This document shows positions 28,582 to 37,617 of a stretch of DNA of 64,000 nucleotides, in pieces. Source of the stretch: a virus (Duplodnaviria; Caudoviricetes); the IMG/VR virus record IMGVR_UViG_3300029818_000001, positions 10,576 to 74,575 of that record; one strand, 5' to 3'. The position numbers and the translations under genes are program-made. Every line of letters begins with the position of its first letter. Position 1 is the first letter of the stretch. The notes below the pieces were generated by a model. The model ran no database searches. It saw only the letters and a list, made by a program, of their open reading frames with translations, and had not been told where the DNA came from.

Positions 28582-30111
28582 ATGGCCGGTATCAGACTAA
28601 AGCGCGGCACGAAGGCACAGATTGATGCAGCCAAGGCCGCATCGGGACTTGCTGAAAGTGAGCCTTATCTGATTACTGACGAAGGTCGCATTGCTATCGG
28701 CACCGGAGCGGCAGACTATAAGCCTGTCGCCATGGGGGATGTTGATATTGTTGTCTCCAACGCAGCCCCAGCTCAGCCGTATGACGGTCTTGTTTGGATA
28801 GACACCGAGTCAAACCCCGTTGGCGATTCGGCCTATCAAGTGGCTGTTAATAACGGGTTTGTTGGGACTGAGCAGGATTGGCTCGCGTCATTGCAGGGTG
28901 ACGCTGGGCCTCAAGGAGATACCGGTGCCGATGGGTCTCAAGGACCTCAAGGGATACAGGGTGAAGCTGGACCTCAAGGAGATACAGGGCTGCAAGGTCC
29001 TCAAGGGATACAGGGTGAAGCTGGACCTCAAGGAGATACAGGGCTGCAAGGGCCTCAAGGGATACAGGGTGAACCCGGCATTTCAGCCTATCAGGTTGCG
29101 GTTAATGGTGGCTTTGTTGGAACTGAGCAGGAGTGGCTGGACTCTTTAGTTGGACCTCCCGGCGAAGCGATGCTTTACGACCCAGCGACAGCAGCCAGCA
29201 CCTTCTTGTGGCTTGTGGATATTGAGCGCACCGAACAGCAAATTATCGATTGGCTTCCCACCACAGCGGTCGGTGGTCTATCCTCTTTGCGTAATGACTC
29301 AGTGCTGTTGGCTGATTTGGCAGGTAGCTCTATTGGCATGAAGAATGTCGCCAAGGATGCCGATTTGGTAAATAGCTTGGTTTGTGATAATTCAGTAGCT
29401 TGTGCCGTGTTTGTAAACTCATCCATCGCTAGAGCTGAGTTATTCGAATCTTCCGTCGCTAGAGCTGAGTTATTCGAATCTTCCGTCGCTATGGCAGAGA
29501 TTATTGGCTCGACTGCTGCTAGAAATGACATATATGGTATCTCTGCGGCTAGAGCTGACTTGTTTATATCTACTGTAGGTATGATTGAGTTTGCGTCATC
29601 AAGTCTCGCGATGGCCGAATTGGCAGCGTCCTCTACAATTCGAGCTGAATTGTTCGCATCTTCTTTGGCGATGGCGAAGGTCGCGGAAAGCTCTCATTTG
29701 CTCGTCTTCTTTGACAGCGCAACCTCACGCTTAGAGATGTTTGGCTCTGCTATCGTCGAGAAGGCATTTAGAGACTCCACAAATGCGATGACGCTGATCG
29801 ATAGTATTGCTACCAATGTGTCGGCACTCACTACCAACCAAAACTATGCAAGTTTGACTAGCTCCAAGGTCTTCGCGACATCTGTAAACACGGGCACAAC
29901 CGCGATATCGGGTGAGAGAGGGGCACGATACTTTAATCACTTACAGGATGGTGTGACAAATTCGACGATGGTGGTGTCTAACAATCCATCTCCAGGAAAC
30001 CCTTGGGCATTGTGCGCTGGAAGAATGTTTGAAGGCTTACAAGTGATGGCTAGATCAGGTAGCACCACTTCAACGGCAACTCGCACAGCTCGCGTCGTGG
30101 TAATGGAGTAA
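28582..30111 (+). CDS. Collagen-like fibre protein with 10-aa helical repeats
   Basis: IRLKRG N-terminus, GXY collagen tract flanked by two SAYQVAV..GFVGTEQ.WL motifs, ARAELFESSV-type repeats. Confidence 0.8.
   Translation: MAGIRLKRGTKAQIDAAKAASGLAESEPYLITDEGRIAIGTGAADYKPVAMGDVDIVVSNAAPAQPYDGLVWIDTESNPVGDSAYQVAVNNGFVGTEQDWLASLQGDAGPQGDTGADGSQGPQGIQGEAGPQGDTGLQGPQGIQGEAGPQGDTGLQGPQGIQGEPGISAYQVAVNGGFVGTEQEWLDSLVGPPGEAMLYDPATAASTFLWLVDIERTEQQIIDWLPTTAVGGLSSLRNDSVLLADLAGSSIGMKNVAKDADLVNSLVCDNSVACAVFVNSSIARAELFESSVARAELFESSVAMAEIIGSTAARNDIYGISAARADLFISTVGMIEFASSSLAMAELAASSTIRAELFASSLAMAKVAESSHLLVFFDSATSRLEMFGSAIVEKAFRDSTNAMTLIDSIATNVSALTTNQNYASLTSSKVFATSVNTGTTAISGERGARYFNHLQDGVTNSTMVVSNNPSPGNPWALCAGRMFEGLQVMARSGSTTSTATRTARVVVME
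28940..29073 (+). repeat. 54-bp tandem repeat (GPQGIQGEAGPQGDTGLQ), about 2.5 copies
   Basis: Read directly from the DNA and protein. Confidence 0.8.
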
Positions 30112-30558
30112 ATGATGGAAACTTACGCACTGATACAAAGTTACGAAATCATTGGCTGGATTGATAATCCTCCCGGTAGGCCTATTCCCAAGTTTCCCGC
30201 CGATATCTTGGTATTGCCCGCCGATATCGCCAAAGAAGATCGAGAGGCAGCGCAGTATATCGACGGCATTGTCACGATTGACCCCTATTACACGCCGGAA
30301 GAGCCAGTCATTGTCGACCCCATTACGCAGGTGCCTAATAAGGTCTCTATGCGGCAGGCGAGACTGGCATTGCACAACGCTGGCTTGCTATCCGCCGCAG
30401 ACGCTTTTGTTCAGTCGTTGGGCGGGGCCGCTCAAATCGAATGGGAATATGCGCAGGAAATCAGGCGCGATCATGCATTGGTTGCGGCACTCCAAGCGGA
30501 GCTGCAATTGACTGATGAACAAATCGATCAGTTGTTTATTGCGGCCAATGCGCTGTGA
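30112..30558 (+). CDS. Hypothetical fibre-associated protein
   Basis: VPNKVSMRQARLAL...IEWEYA...LFIAA C-terminal pattern often seen after phage fibre genes. Confidence 0.6.
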   Translation: MMETYALIQSYEIIGWIDNPPGRPIPKFPADILVLPADIAKEDREAAQYIDGIVTIDPYYTPEEPVIVDPITQVPNKVSMRQARLALHNAGLLSAADAFVQSLGGAAQIEWEYAQEIRRDHALVAALQAELQLTDEQIDQLFIAANAL

Positions 30559-30857
30559 ATACTCAGTCAACAATAACCCTTGAGCCAGTATGTGGCTATC
30601 TTGTGCGGGTGTATCCCGATCAAGTAGAGACCGACACTCACGCCAAATATAAGGCAGTCATGACGATCGATGTTGATGGCGATACGGCTGTGGCAAAGGG
30701 TTATTGCGGCAGTAATTGGAACACCAGAAATCGCCGCGATCTATTTAATGAACTAAAAAATCGTGGAATCAAAACTTTAAATTACGAGCGGTATGACTCT
30801 GGGCGCTTGATTAAATCGAGCGTGATAAAACTTAGCAGGAATAAGAATGACACCTGA
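30555..30857 (+). CDS. Hypothetical protein
   Basis: Translationally coupled 100-aa ORF. Confidence 0.55.
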   Translation: MNTQSTITLEPVCGYLVRVYPDQVETDTHAKYKAVMTIDVDGDTAVAKGYCGSNWNTRNRRDLFNELKNRGIKTLNYERYDSGRLIKSSVIKLSRNKNDT

Positions 30858-31323
30858 ACAATTATTAGACGAAATAACGAACGGCCCGCTGGCTTTGGAG
30901 CTGGCTGATGCACTAGCCTCTGGCGATGACGTGGCTATTTGCGCGGCATTGAATAGTAAAGATATACCCAGCCAAGGCTGGATTTCGGTCGCCGATTTCG
31001 AAACTTGGTGCGCATCAAACGACGCGGAGTATAAGCGCATCGAGGCTTTATCGAGAGACGAGACCAGCCCGTTTTACTCTGCCGCAAATTCTCTGTTGAG
31101 GCGATTGTCGGTCCAAAATACCGAGAATGCGATCAATACCGGCGCACCGCCGATAGCTTCTTTGTTGGATGCGTGGCCGTATGTTGATGCGAACTCTAAA
31201 GAGTCTCTACTGGCGCTGGGGCGCACATTGATTAGCAGGGCGGAGCAACTGGGCGAACATATCTCACTTAAAAACGTAATCGACGCTCTGTATAACGAAG
31301 ATGGCGCACGGAGGGTATTGTAA
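30847..31323 (+). CDS. Hypothetical protein
   Basis: Coupled 158-aa ORF. Confidence 0.6.
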   Translation: MTPEQLLDEITNGPLALELADALASGDDVAICAALNSKDIPSQGWISVADFETWCASNDAEYKRIEALSRDETSPFYSAANSLLRRLSVQNTENAINTGAPPIASLLDAWPYVDANSKESLLALGRTLISRAEQLGEHISLKNVIDALYNEDGARRVL

Positions 31324-31751
31324 TGCCATTAACTACAGTCGAAACACAAATTACATGGTCGGCGGCCAGCTCTATCACACTGAGCAATGCCACACAAACC
31401 GACTCGGACACATTTACGCTTCATGACTCGTGTATCTCAGCGAGTGTTCAAATACGAGTGACCAATCAGGGATCGCCACAGTCGGGAGATGCGCTGTCAG
31501 CTAGGCTTAAATGGAGCTGTGGGGATATTCTTGAAAATACAGGGGACGATTTCGACACTGATCAACATGCTGAATTCCTAGGCAGATTGGATACGTTTGC
31601 TACGAATAATCCGGGTGAAAGCCCCGCGATGCGCACATATCACTTATCATTAGGTGGAGCCAGGAAATTCAAGTTATCTATTTTAGGCGCACAAGCTGCT
31701 TCACGGAACCTAGTCGTTCATGCGCGTGTTATTGAACAGAGAGCTAACTAA
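31323..31751 (+). CDS. Hypothetical beta-rich protein
   Basis: Coupled 142-aa Ser/Thr-rich ORF. Confidence 0.6.
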   Translation: MPLTTVETQITWSAASSITLSNATQTDSDTFTLHDSCISASVQIRVTNQGSPQSGDALSARLKWSCGDILENTGDDFDTDQHAEFLGRLDTFATNNPGESPAMRTYHLSLGGARKFKLSILGAQAASRNLVVHARVIEQRAN

Positions 31752-31753
31752 TA

Positions 31754-32605
31754 ATGGTATTTATACCGCGTTGGGAGAGGCATAAGCAGCGATTGTCGAG
31801 GGACTACACGGTCAATTGGGGGCATCAATTGACCGAACACATACATAGCATTCTCCTTCCTCACTCTGATTTGAGGCTATATAACCGCGAGCGCGAAGTT
31901 AACCGCTCATCATTCTCAGGTGTGAGTGTGTTTGATGAGTCAATCTATTTAAATAACAGTATTCTTGCATATGATGGTCTCACCATTCCATCGACAAACA
32001 ATCTAGCGCTATTAGCAGTAATAGATACAAAAGACTTATCAGGTGGCGGGCAGATTGCGGCACGAGATAATTTCGCATTAAGTCGTCGTAATTATCAATT
32101 TCGAATAGGTTCCTTTAATGGGGATAGTGTTAGCATCTCTACAATACACTGGCCTGGAGTTGTCAGTAATCTTCTAGGCTCCTGTGGACGAGAGAGTGGT
32201 GTGGTTGCCATCTCCAACAAAATAGGGGCAGTAAGCGAGGGCGCTGTCAATGGGGTTTTGAATTACGGAGTGGCTCCGTCTTCTTTTTCAAATAATAATC
32301 CACAGCTTTGTATCGGAGTTAGAAGAGAGAGTTCGAACTGGGTCGAGCGACCCCTTGGTTTGATTCTGAATATGTTTGTAGAGTTTTCGTCTGCGCTGAC
32401 TACCGATGAAGTGTTGGCGTTGTCAGAGGCTCCCTACCAAATACTAAAACCCCGCGTCATCTACTTCGACATGGGTGCAACCGCAGCATTCAAATCCGCC
32501 CCTATCAAATATCACAATAGCGCTAATCTAATCACGCCTGTCGCCAAGGTGTGGGATGGCGCAGCGTCGAGCTGGAAAAACAGCACGATTAAGGTAAAGG
32601 GGTAG
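31754..32605 (+). CDS. LamG/concanavalin-like domain protein (putative)
   Basis: Beta-rich, AVNGVL, LCIG and ALTTDEVLAL patterns typical of LamG-like folds. Confidence 0.5.
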   Translation: MVFIPRWERHKQRLSRDYTVNWGHQLTEHIHSILLPHSDLRLYNREREVNRSSFSGVSVFDESIYLNNSILAYDGLTIPSTNNLALLAVIDTKDLSGGGQIAARDNFALSRRNYQFRIGSFNGDSVSISTIHWPGVVSNLLGSCGRESGVVAISNKIGAVSEGAVNGVLNYGVAPSSFSNNNPQLCIGVRRESSNWVERPLGLILNMFVEFSSALTTDEVLALSEAPYQILKPRVIYFDMGATAAFKSAPIKYHNSANLITPVAKVWDGAASSWKNSTIKVKG

Positions 32606-32647
32606 GGAGATTGAGTCGCTTCCTGTATCTAAACACTTAACTGTTAA

Positions 32648-33391
32648 ATGGAATTCAATCAAATGGAATTCAACGTGAAAATCAAGCGAGAAAAGAGACA
32701 AAATAGAAAGCGCAAATTAAGCGCCCCTGAGCCGTTTTTCGAAGAAATAGTGCTCTCGGTAGATAAGAAGCATTTGGAGCCGATACGCGCTATCAATGAA
32801 GCTCAGGGGCACTATTTAAGCTCAATTCGACAGAATGTTATCACATTCGGGGTCGGTCCCGCTGGGACGGGGAAGAGTTATTGCGCGGGAGGCTATGCGG
32901 CAGATAAGTTGAGAGATAAGGAGGTTGATAAGCTGATCATCACTCGCCCCTGCGTGGAAGCAGGCGAGTCGTTAGGCTTTCTTCCCGGCGAGTTGGAGGA
33001 TAAGTTCGCACCCTATATCGACCCCTTCCGCGAAATTCTCAATGAGCGATTGGGCAAAAGCTTTGTTGACTATCTAATCAAGCACAAGCGCATCGATGCT
33101 AAACCTCTAGCCTACATGCGAGGCAATACCTTTAAGAATTGCATCGTTATTTTAGACGAAGCGCAAAACACCACGCCGACGCAAATGAAGTTGTTTTTAA
33201 CGCGAATAGGCGAGAACTGTAAGGTAATCATCGACGGCGACATTCAGCAAAAGGATATCCGGCAACAAAGTGGTTTAGCCGATGCTATCGATCGTCTAAG
33301 TCAGATTAAAAACGTGGGTGTCGTTAATTTTGACGCCGACGATATTGTTCGCTCCAGAATCGTCAAGGATATTATTAAAGCCTACGGATAA
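32648..33391 (+). CDS. phoH: PhoH-family ATPase
   Basis: GPAGTGKS, ITRP, GFLPG, LAYMRG, ILDEAQN, LTRIG, GDIQQ. Confidence 0.95.
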   Translation: MEFNQMEFNVKIKREKRQNRKRKLSAPEPFFEEIVLSVDKKHLEPIRAINEAQGHYLSSIRQNVITFGVGPAGTGKSYCAGGYAADKLRDKEVDKLIITRPCVEAGESLGFLPGELEDKFAPYIDPFREILNERLGKSFVDYLIKHKRIDAKPLAYMRGNTFKNCIVILDEAQNTTPTQMKLFLTRIGENCKVIIDGDIQQKDIRQQSGLADAIDRLSQIKNVGVVNFDADDIVRSRIVKDIIKAYG

Positions 33392-33400
33392 TAGGCACTT

Positions 33401-33509
33401 TTCAATTCCGCCACTCAAATTGCGTCTCTCTAATATAAATAACTTATATAATATCTTTTCTTAATAACTATTATATTTAGAGAGCGTGAAAATGAGTGGC
33501 GGTTTTGAA
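33401..33509. repeat. Inverted-repeat/AT-rich element, copy 2 (origin-like)
   Basis: CCGCCACTCA (33408-33417) and TGAGTGGCGG (33493-33502) flank a 75-bp A/T-rich spacer; the first 21 bp equal the reverse complement of 123-143. Confidence 0.85.
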
Positions 33510-34151
33510 TTCTTCACAGTCGGTAAATTTTATGGCTCAGAACTTGCGGATTTCGACTGCGAGTTGCTGATGATGGAAAGATTCGCGGGTAACGAGCGGG
33601 CCTTTAAAAAGGAGTTTAAGACAGAGCTGCGGCTTATGCAGACCAAGTGGTTCGATTACCGGCTTTTACATCCTGTGGTTGCCACCTATCTCTACGCTGC
33701 GGAGTTCACCCGTATCTATCAGCGTTACTACGCCAAGACTCGCGATTATGAAAAGGCTGAGTTCGTCAAGGGGTTTTCTGGTGGAGATGCTTGGCGAGCC
33801 AAGAACTCCGGTGGATTCATTAAAGGCCGGCGTCAGGCGGATGCGCTCGGCATACCTTATTGGTTCTACATCGATCACGCTTTCGAGTTCTTGTATCGCA
33901 AGTGTTGGAAACACATACCCTGGCATATTCATCTTTACACTAAAGAGATCGTGGAGTTTGTGCAGACGGAGTGGCTGACTTATTCGAGAGAATGCTTGGT
34001 GTTGGCTGAACTCGACTTCTTCAAGGGCGATCAAAACAAAGGTAGAGAGGAATGGCGAGCGCATCGACAATGGCTAATCAATAGAATTATGAGATCGCCG
34101 GTCCCTAAGTTGGCAGCAGATAGTTTGCGCGAAAGAGGCTATGTAATTTAG
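33492..34151 (+). CDS. Hypothetical protein (candidate replication factor)
   Basis: ~219 aa, aromatic/basic; start codon lies inside the element's right arm; upstream of Hfq-helicase-primase. Confidence 0.7.
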   Translation: MSGGFEFFTVGKFYGSELADFDCELLMMERFAGNERAFKKEFKTELRLMQTKWFDYRLLHPVVATYLYAAEFTRIYQRYYAKTRDYEKAEFVKGFSGGDAWRAKNSGGFIKGRRQADALGIPYWFYIDHAFEFLYRKCWKHIPWHIHLYTKEIVEFVQTEWLTYSRECLVLAELDFFKGDQNKGREEWRAHRQWLINRIMRSPVPKLAADSLRERGYVI

Positions 34152-34162
34152 CCTGAGAAACT

Positions 34163-34178
34163 AAGTCATGGATGACTA
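34163..34178. promoter_or_regulatory. Operator-like site overlapping a -10-like TATACT
   Basis: AAGTCA-TGGA-TGACTA; TATACT at 34177-34182. Confidence 0.65.
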
Positions 34179-34250
34179 TACTTTTTCACGGTCGAGCGTT
34201 ATTATAGCGACTCGGTTTTAAACGTTCGATTTACAAGCAAGAGGATAAAG

Positions 34251-34550
34251 ATGCATAGCAATCAACAGGATAGAAAGACTTTAACATTGAAGAGAGAGTC
34301 AAGGTTTCAATACCCAGCCAAGAAAAAACCCGGTTCGCTAAGATTATCGAAGCATGAGTCTGACCTCAAAAGAATACAAGAGAGCGGTAAGGAAATTAAT
34401 CTCTTCTTAATGTCTGGAGTTCTTATGACAGGTAGGGTTATCGCCGTAGATAAATACACCATCAAGATAGATGCCAAGCTCGTCAATGGAAAAGTAAAAT
34501 CACATACCTTCTTTAAACACAGCATCGAGTCTTTCTCTGAGGTTGAATAA
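34251..34550 (+). CDS. hfq: Hfq/Sm-like protein
   Basis: Sm1-like INLFLMSGVLMTGRVIAVDKYTI and Sm2-like FFKHSIESF (compare Hfq [23 protein letters not shown] / VYKHAISTV). Confidence 0.75.
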   Translation: MHSNQQDRKTLTLKRESRFQYPAKKKPGSLRLSKHESDLKRIQESGKEINLFLMSGVLMTGRVIAVDKYTIKIDAKLVNGKVKSHTFFKHSIESFSEVE

Positions 34551-35956
34551 TGAGTGCGGCGGTTGAGGATAAATTAGTCGAAACTGTCGCTCATTCGTTC
34601 GCTGGCGAGCCTGAGTCGCCCTCGTCTGAAATGGATGAACAGTCCGTTACAGAGCCGTATGCGTTCGACGCAGCCTTTCAAGATAAGATTGCCGCGCTTG
34701 CCATCAGCGACTTCGCATTTATGAGGCGCACTCAGGGTCTAGTGTCGCCGGATTATTTCGAAAACGCCGCCACCGCTATGCTGGTGAATATTGCGCTAGA
34801 GCATTGGCAAAAATACAAAGAGACACCCAGTCGCACCGCATTCACTCAGTTGGTCAAAGATGCCATTCTCAATAATCGCATTCGCAGTGATCTAAAGGAT
34901 GAGTTTAAGACTAAGTATGTGGCGTTGGTAAAAACCAAGCTGACCGATCGCGAGTTCGTCATTGATAAGGTGGCTGAGTTCGCGCGTCACCAGGCGATTT
35001 ATCGAGCCATGTTGCAGTCTGCTGATTTGATGGCAAAAGGTAAGCTCGATCAAATCGCCGATCTGGTGGTTAAGGCGTCAAGAGTTGGCGCTGATGATGC
35101 GGTAACGCTTTACGACTACTTCGAGGAGATTGAAAACAGAACGCAAGAGCGCAAGGACAAGGTCTCAGGTCTCAAGCCACCACAAGGTATCACCACCGGC
35201 TTTAAAAAGTTGGATGAGCTGTTGCTGCATAACGGATGGGGCAGAAGTGAGTTGTCGTTGATACTTGGCGGCGCTAAGTCTGGAAAGTCAACTGGTCTGC
35301 TCTTCTTCGCTAAAAATGCAGCTCTGGCAGGGCACACCACTTTATATGTGACACTTGAAATGTCGGCCAAGATTGCCGCGATGCGTAACGACGCCAGTAT
35401 CTCCGAAACGGAAGTTAAGGAGCTGGAGAAGAACATTCTCAGCGTTCACGATAAGGTTAAGCTGTCGGCGATGAAGTCGGCTAAGTATTACATGGCGGAG
35501 TATCCATCGGGTTCACTGACACCTTCGTCATTACGTCGATTAATTGACCAGTATGAGATTCAGGGTATTCGATTCGATTTGGTGGTGGTGGACTATCTCG
35601 ACATTATGGCGCCGGATTACCGCACTGACAGCGCCATCGAGAACTCGAAGAATATCTTTGTTGGCGTTCGCGCAATCGCTCAAGAAAAAGGCATGGCTCT
35701 ATTGTCAGCTACGCAGACCAATCGTGAGGGCTTTAAGAGTGTGACGGCAAAGGCTGAACACGTTTCGGACGACTTTAATAAAATCCGAATTGCCGATCTG
35801 ACCATTTCGATCAATGCGACTGATGATGAGAGGGCTAGAGGCGAGGCGAGACTATACTTTGCGGCTAGTCGAAATCAAGAGGGCGGCATTACGCTACATG
35901 TCAAGCAAGACTTGTCGCGGATGATCTTTATCAAGTCAATCATGGGGATAATTTGA
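34550..35956 (+). CDS. Replicative helicase (DnaB/T4 gp41-like SF4)
   Basis: Walker A GGAKSGKST, YVTLEM, Walker B VVVDYLD, SATQTNR. Confidence 0.92.
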   Translation: MSAAVEDKLVETVAHSFAGEPESPSSEMDEQSVTEPYAFDAAFQDKIAALAISDFAFMRRTQGLVSPDYFENAATAMLVNIALEHWQKYKETPSRTAFTQLVKDAILNNRIRSDLKDEFKTKYVALVKTKLTDREFVIDKVAEFARHQAIYRAMLQSADLMAKGKLDQIADLVVKASRVGADDAVTLYDYFEEIENRTQERKDKVSGLKPPQGITTGFKKLDELLLHNGWGRSELSLILGGAKSGKSTGLLFFAKNAALAGHTTLYVTLEMSAKIAAMRNDASISETEVKELEKNILSVHDKVKLSAMKSAKYYMAEYPSGSLTPSSLRRLIDQYEIQGIRFDLVVVDYLDIMAPDYRTDSAIENSKNIFVGVRAIAQEKGMALLSATQTNREGFKSVTAKAEHVSDDFNKIRIADLTISINATDDERARGEARLYFAASRNQEGGITLHVKQDLSRMIFIKSIMGII

Positions 35957-37008
35957 TGAGTGACGCTCTTCAGGAGATGCTTTTGGCGCTCGACATGGAG
36001 GAGTGGCTGAGCTACGAAGGCGTTGAGTTTAGACGCACACGAGGCTCCCGAGGCGATCAGCTACATATCAAACAATGCCCAAGCTGCGGCAAGAGTGACT
36101 GGAAGGTGTATCTCAACGCTGAAACTGGCTTGGGCAACTGTTTTCACGCAGATTGCCCAAAAGGGACCTTTAATAAGTATTCCTTCATTCGCGAAACCTT
36201 ATTGAATCAGTCGGACAAGCCAAATATCAAAGAACACATTAAAAACTTCGTGCGCGAAATGGGGTGGCGTCCTCGCCGCAAGGTCTCCGCTCATGTGGAG
36301 ATGTCGGCAGAGGATTTAGAGATACCGAATTACTTACCAATTCCGATTGAAGGTAAGAATCTCAAGTATCTAATCGATCGACGAGTTGATATTGAAATGG
36401 CAAAGTATTTCAATTTGGGCTATATCAAGTCAGGATACTTCGGTCAGCGAATCTTTATACCTATTCACGATCTGGATGGGTCGCTGGTTTCATTTCAAGC
36501 CAGGGATATCACCGGCAAGGCTGAGAGAAGGTATCTGTTCCCCAAAGGCTTTGCGTCAACCGCTAGAATCCTCTATAACGGACAGAATGCGTGGCGTAAG
36601 AAGCGCATGGTGATCGTCGAAGGGGTGTTCGATGTCATCGGCACCAAGATTGCCTTCGATGAGACCGATGAGTTCAAAGAAGTAGCGATCGTCGGCTCCT
36701 TCGGCTTGTCGCTGTCGGGAGGTGTGGTCAATAATGACGACGATCAAGTTAGGCGACTAATTGAATTGAAAAAGGCCGGTCTTGAAGAGATTACGCTGAT
36801 GTGGGATGGCGAAGCTAGAGCGATGAAGAAGGCGATCGCTCAAGCTGACGTTCTAACCAGCTTAGGCTTTGTCGTCAAAATTAGTAAGCTGCCTGAGAAT
36901 AGAGACCCAGGTGATTTAGCCCCTTCCGTCATTCGTCAGTGCTTTAGACAGGCGACCACATTCAATCAAGTTAATTCGCTTAAGCTAAAGTTGGCATTTT
37001 GCAAATAA
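35953..37008 (+). CDS. DNA primase (Zn finger + TOPRIM)
   Basis: CPSC...CFHADC, VEGVFD, WDGE, DPGDL. Confidence 0.88.
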   Translation: MMSDALQEMLLALDMEEWLSYEGVEFRRTRGSRGDQLHIKQCPSCGKSDWKVYLNAETGLGNCFHADCPKGTFNKYSFIRETLLNQSDKPNIKEHIKNFVREMGWRPRRKVSAHVEMSAEDLEIPNYLPIPIEGKNLKYLIDRRVDIEMAKYFNLGYIKSGYFGQRIFIPIHDLDGSLVSFQARDITGKAERRYLFPKGFASTARILYNGQNAWRKKRMVIVEGVFDVIGTKIAFDETDEFKEVAIVGSFGLSLSGGVVNNDDDQVRRLIELKKAGLEEITLMWDGEARAMKKAIAQADVLTSLGFVVKISKLPENRDPGDLAPSVIRQCFRQATTFNQVNSLKLKLAFCK

Positions 37009-37022
37009 GTCATTGGTGACTT
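37007..37022. promoter_or_regulatory. Palindromic operator-like site (perfect)
   Basis: AAGTCA-TTGG-TGACTT. Confidence 0.7.
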
Positions 37023-37048
37023 GTAAGCCCTAACAGCGGGGCTTACAA
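37021..37048. other. Perfect 10-bp hairpin
   Basis: TTGTAAGCCC-TAACAGCG-GGGCTTACAA, no U-tract. Confidence 0.6.
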
Positions 37049-37059
37049 TAGCTCTATAA

Positions 37060-37617
37060 GTGAACGGCGAAGAGGATGTTGTGAGCGCTTCAAATCAAGA
37101 CACGATACGGGCAGCGTTCGAAATATTGAATGTCGCTCTCAAGAGTTCGGACGTAATGAGGAACAAGGGCGGGTATAGGCAATGTGAGGTGATGATTTTA
37201 ACCTATCAAGTTCCAGAGCCGGCCACCAATAAAAGATTTCCAGTGCCGCTTGTGAGTGAGTTTAAAGCGGTTGGGGTGACTCAGATTACTGAGAGAGACA
37301 ATACAAGGCATCTTAAGATTGTGAGGCCAACCGGCATATCGGAAGCTCATAGTTATCTGAATAAGATTGTGAGTGACAGAAAGGCTAGAGGTTACTGGCA
37401 CGATGGCTTGTATGCTTGCTGGACAGGCGAAAGAGCTTTCTCATACGTTCAACACAGAATCGATCTAACTTCAACCAAAAGTCACACTTTGATGAATTTC
37501 ATAGATGGCATGGTTAGGCATGCGGGGCTTGTTGAGTCGTCGCGGCTCGCCTCAACGCCAGACGCGAGCGTTATCGAGACAAAGATGAAATTAAATCCAC
37601 TTTACGGGAGTTGGTAA
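37060..37617 (+). CDS. Hypothetical protein ending YGSW
   Basis: 185-aa ORF, coupled to the next gene by TAATG. Confidence 0.6.
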   Translation: MNGEEDVVSASNQDTIRAAFEILNVALKSSDVMRNKGGYRQCEVMILTYQVPEPATNKRFPVPLVSEFKAVGVTQITERDNTRHLKIVRPTGISEAHSYLNKIVSDRKARGYWHDGLYACWTGERAFSYVQHRIDLTSTKSHTLMNFIDGMVRHAGLVESSRLASTPDASVIETKMKLNPLYGSW

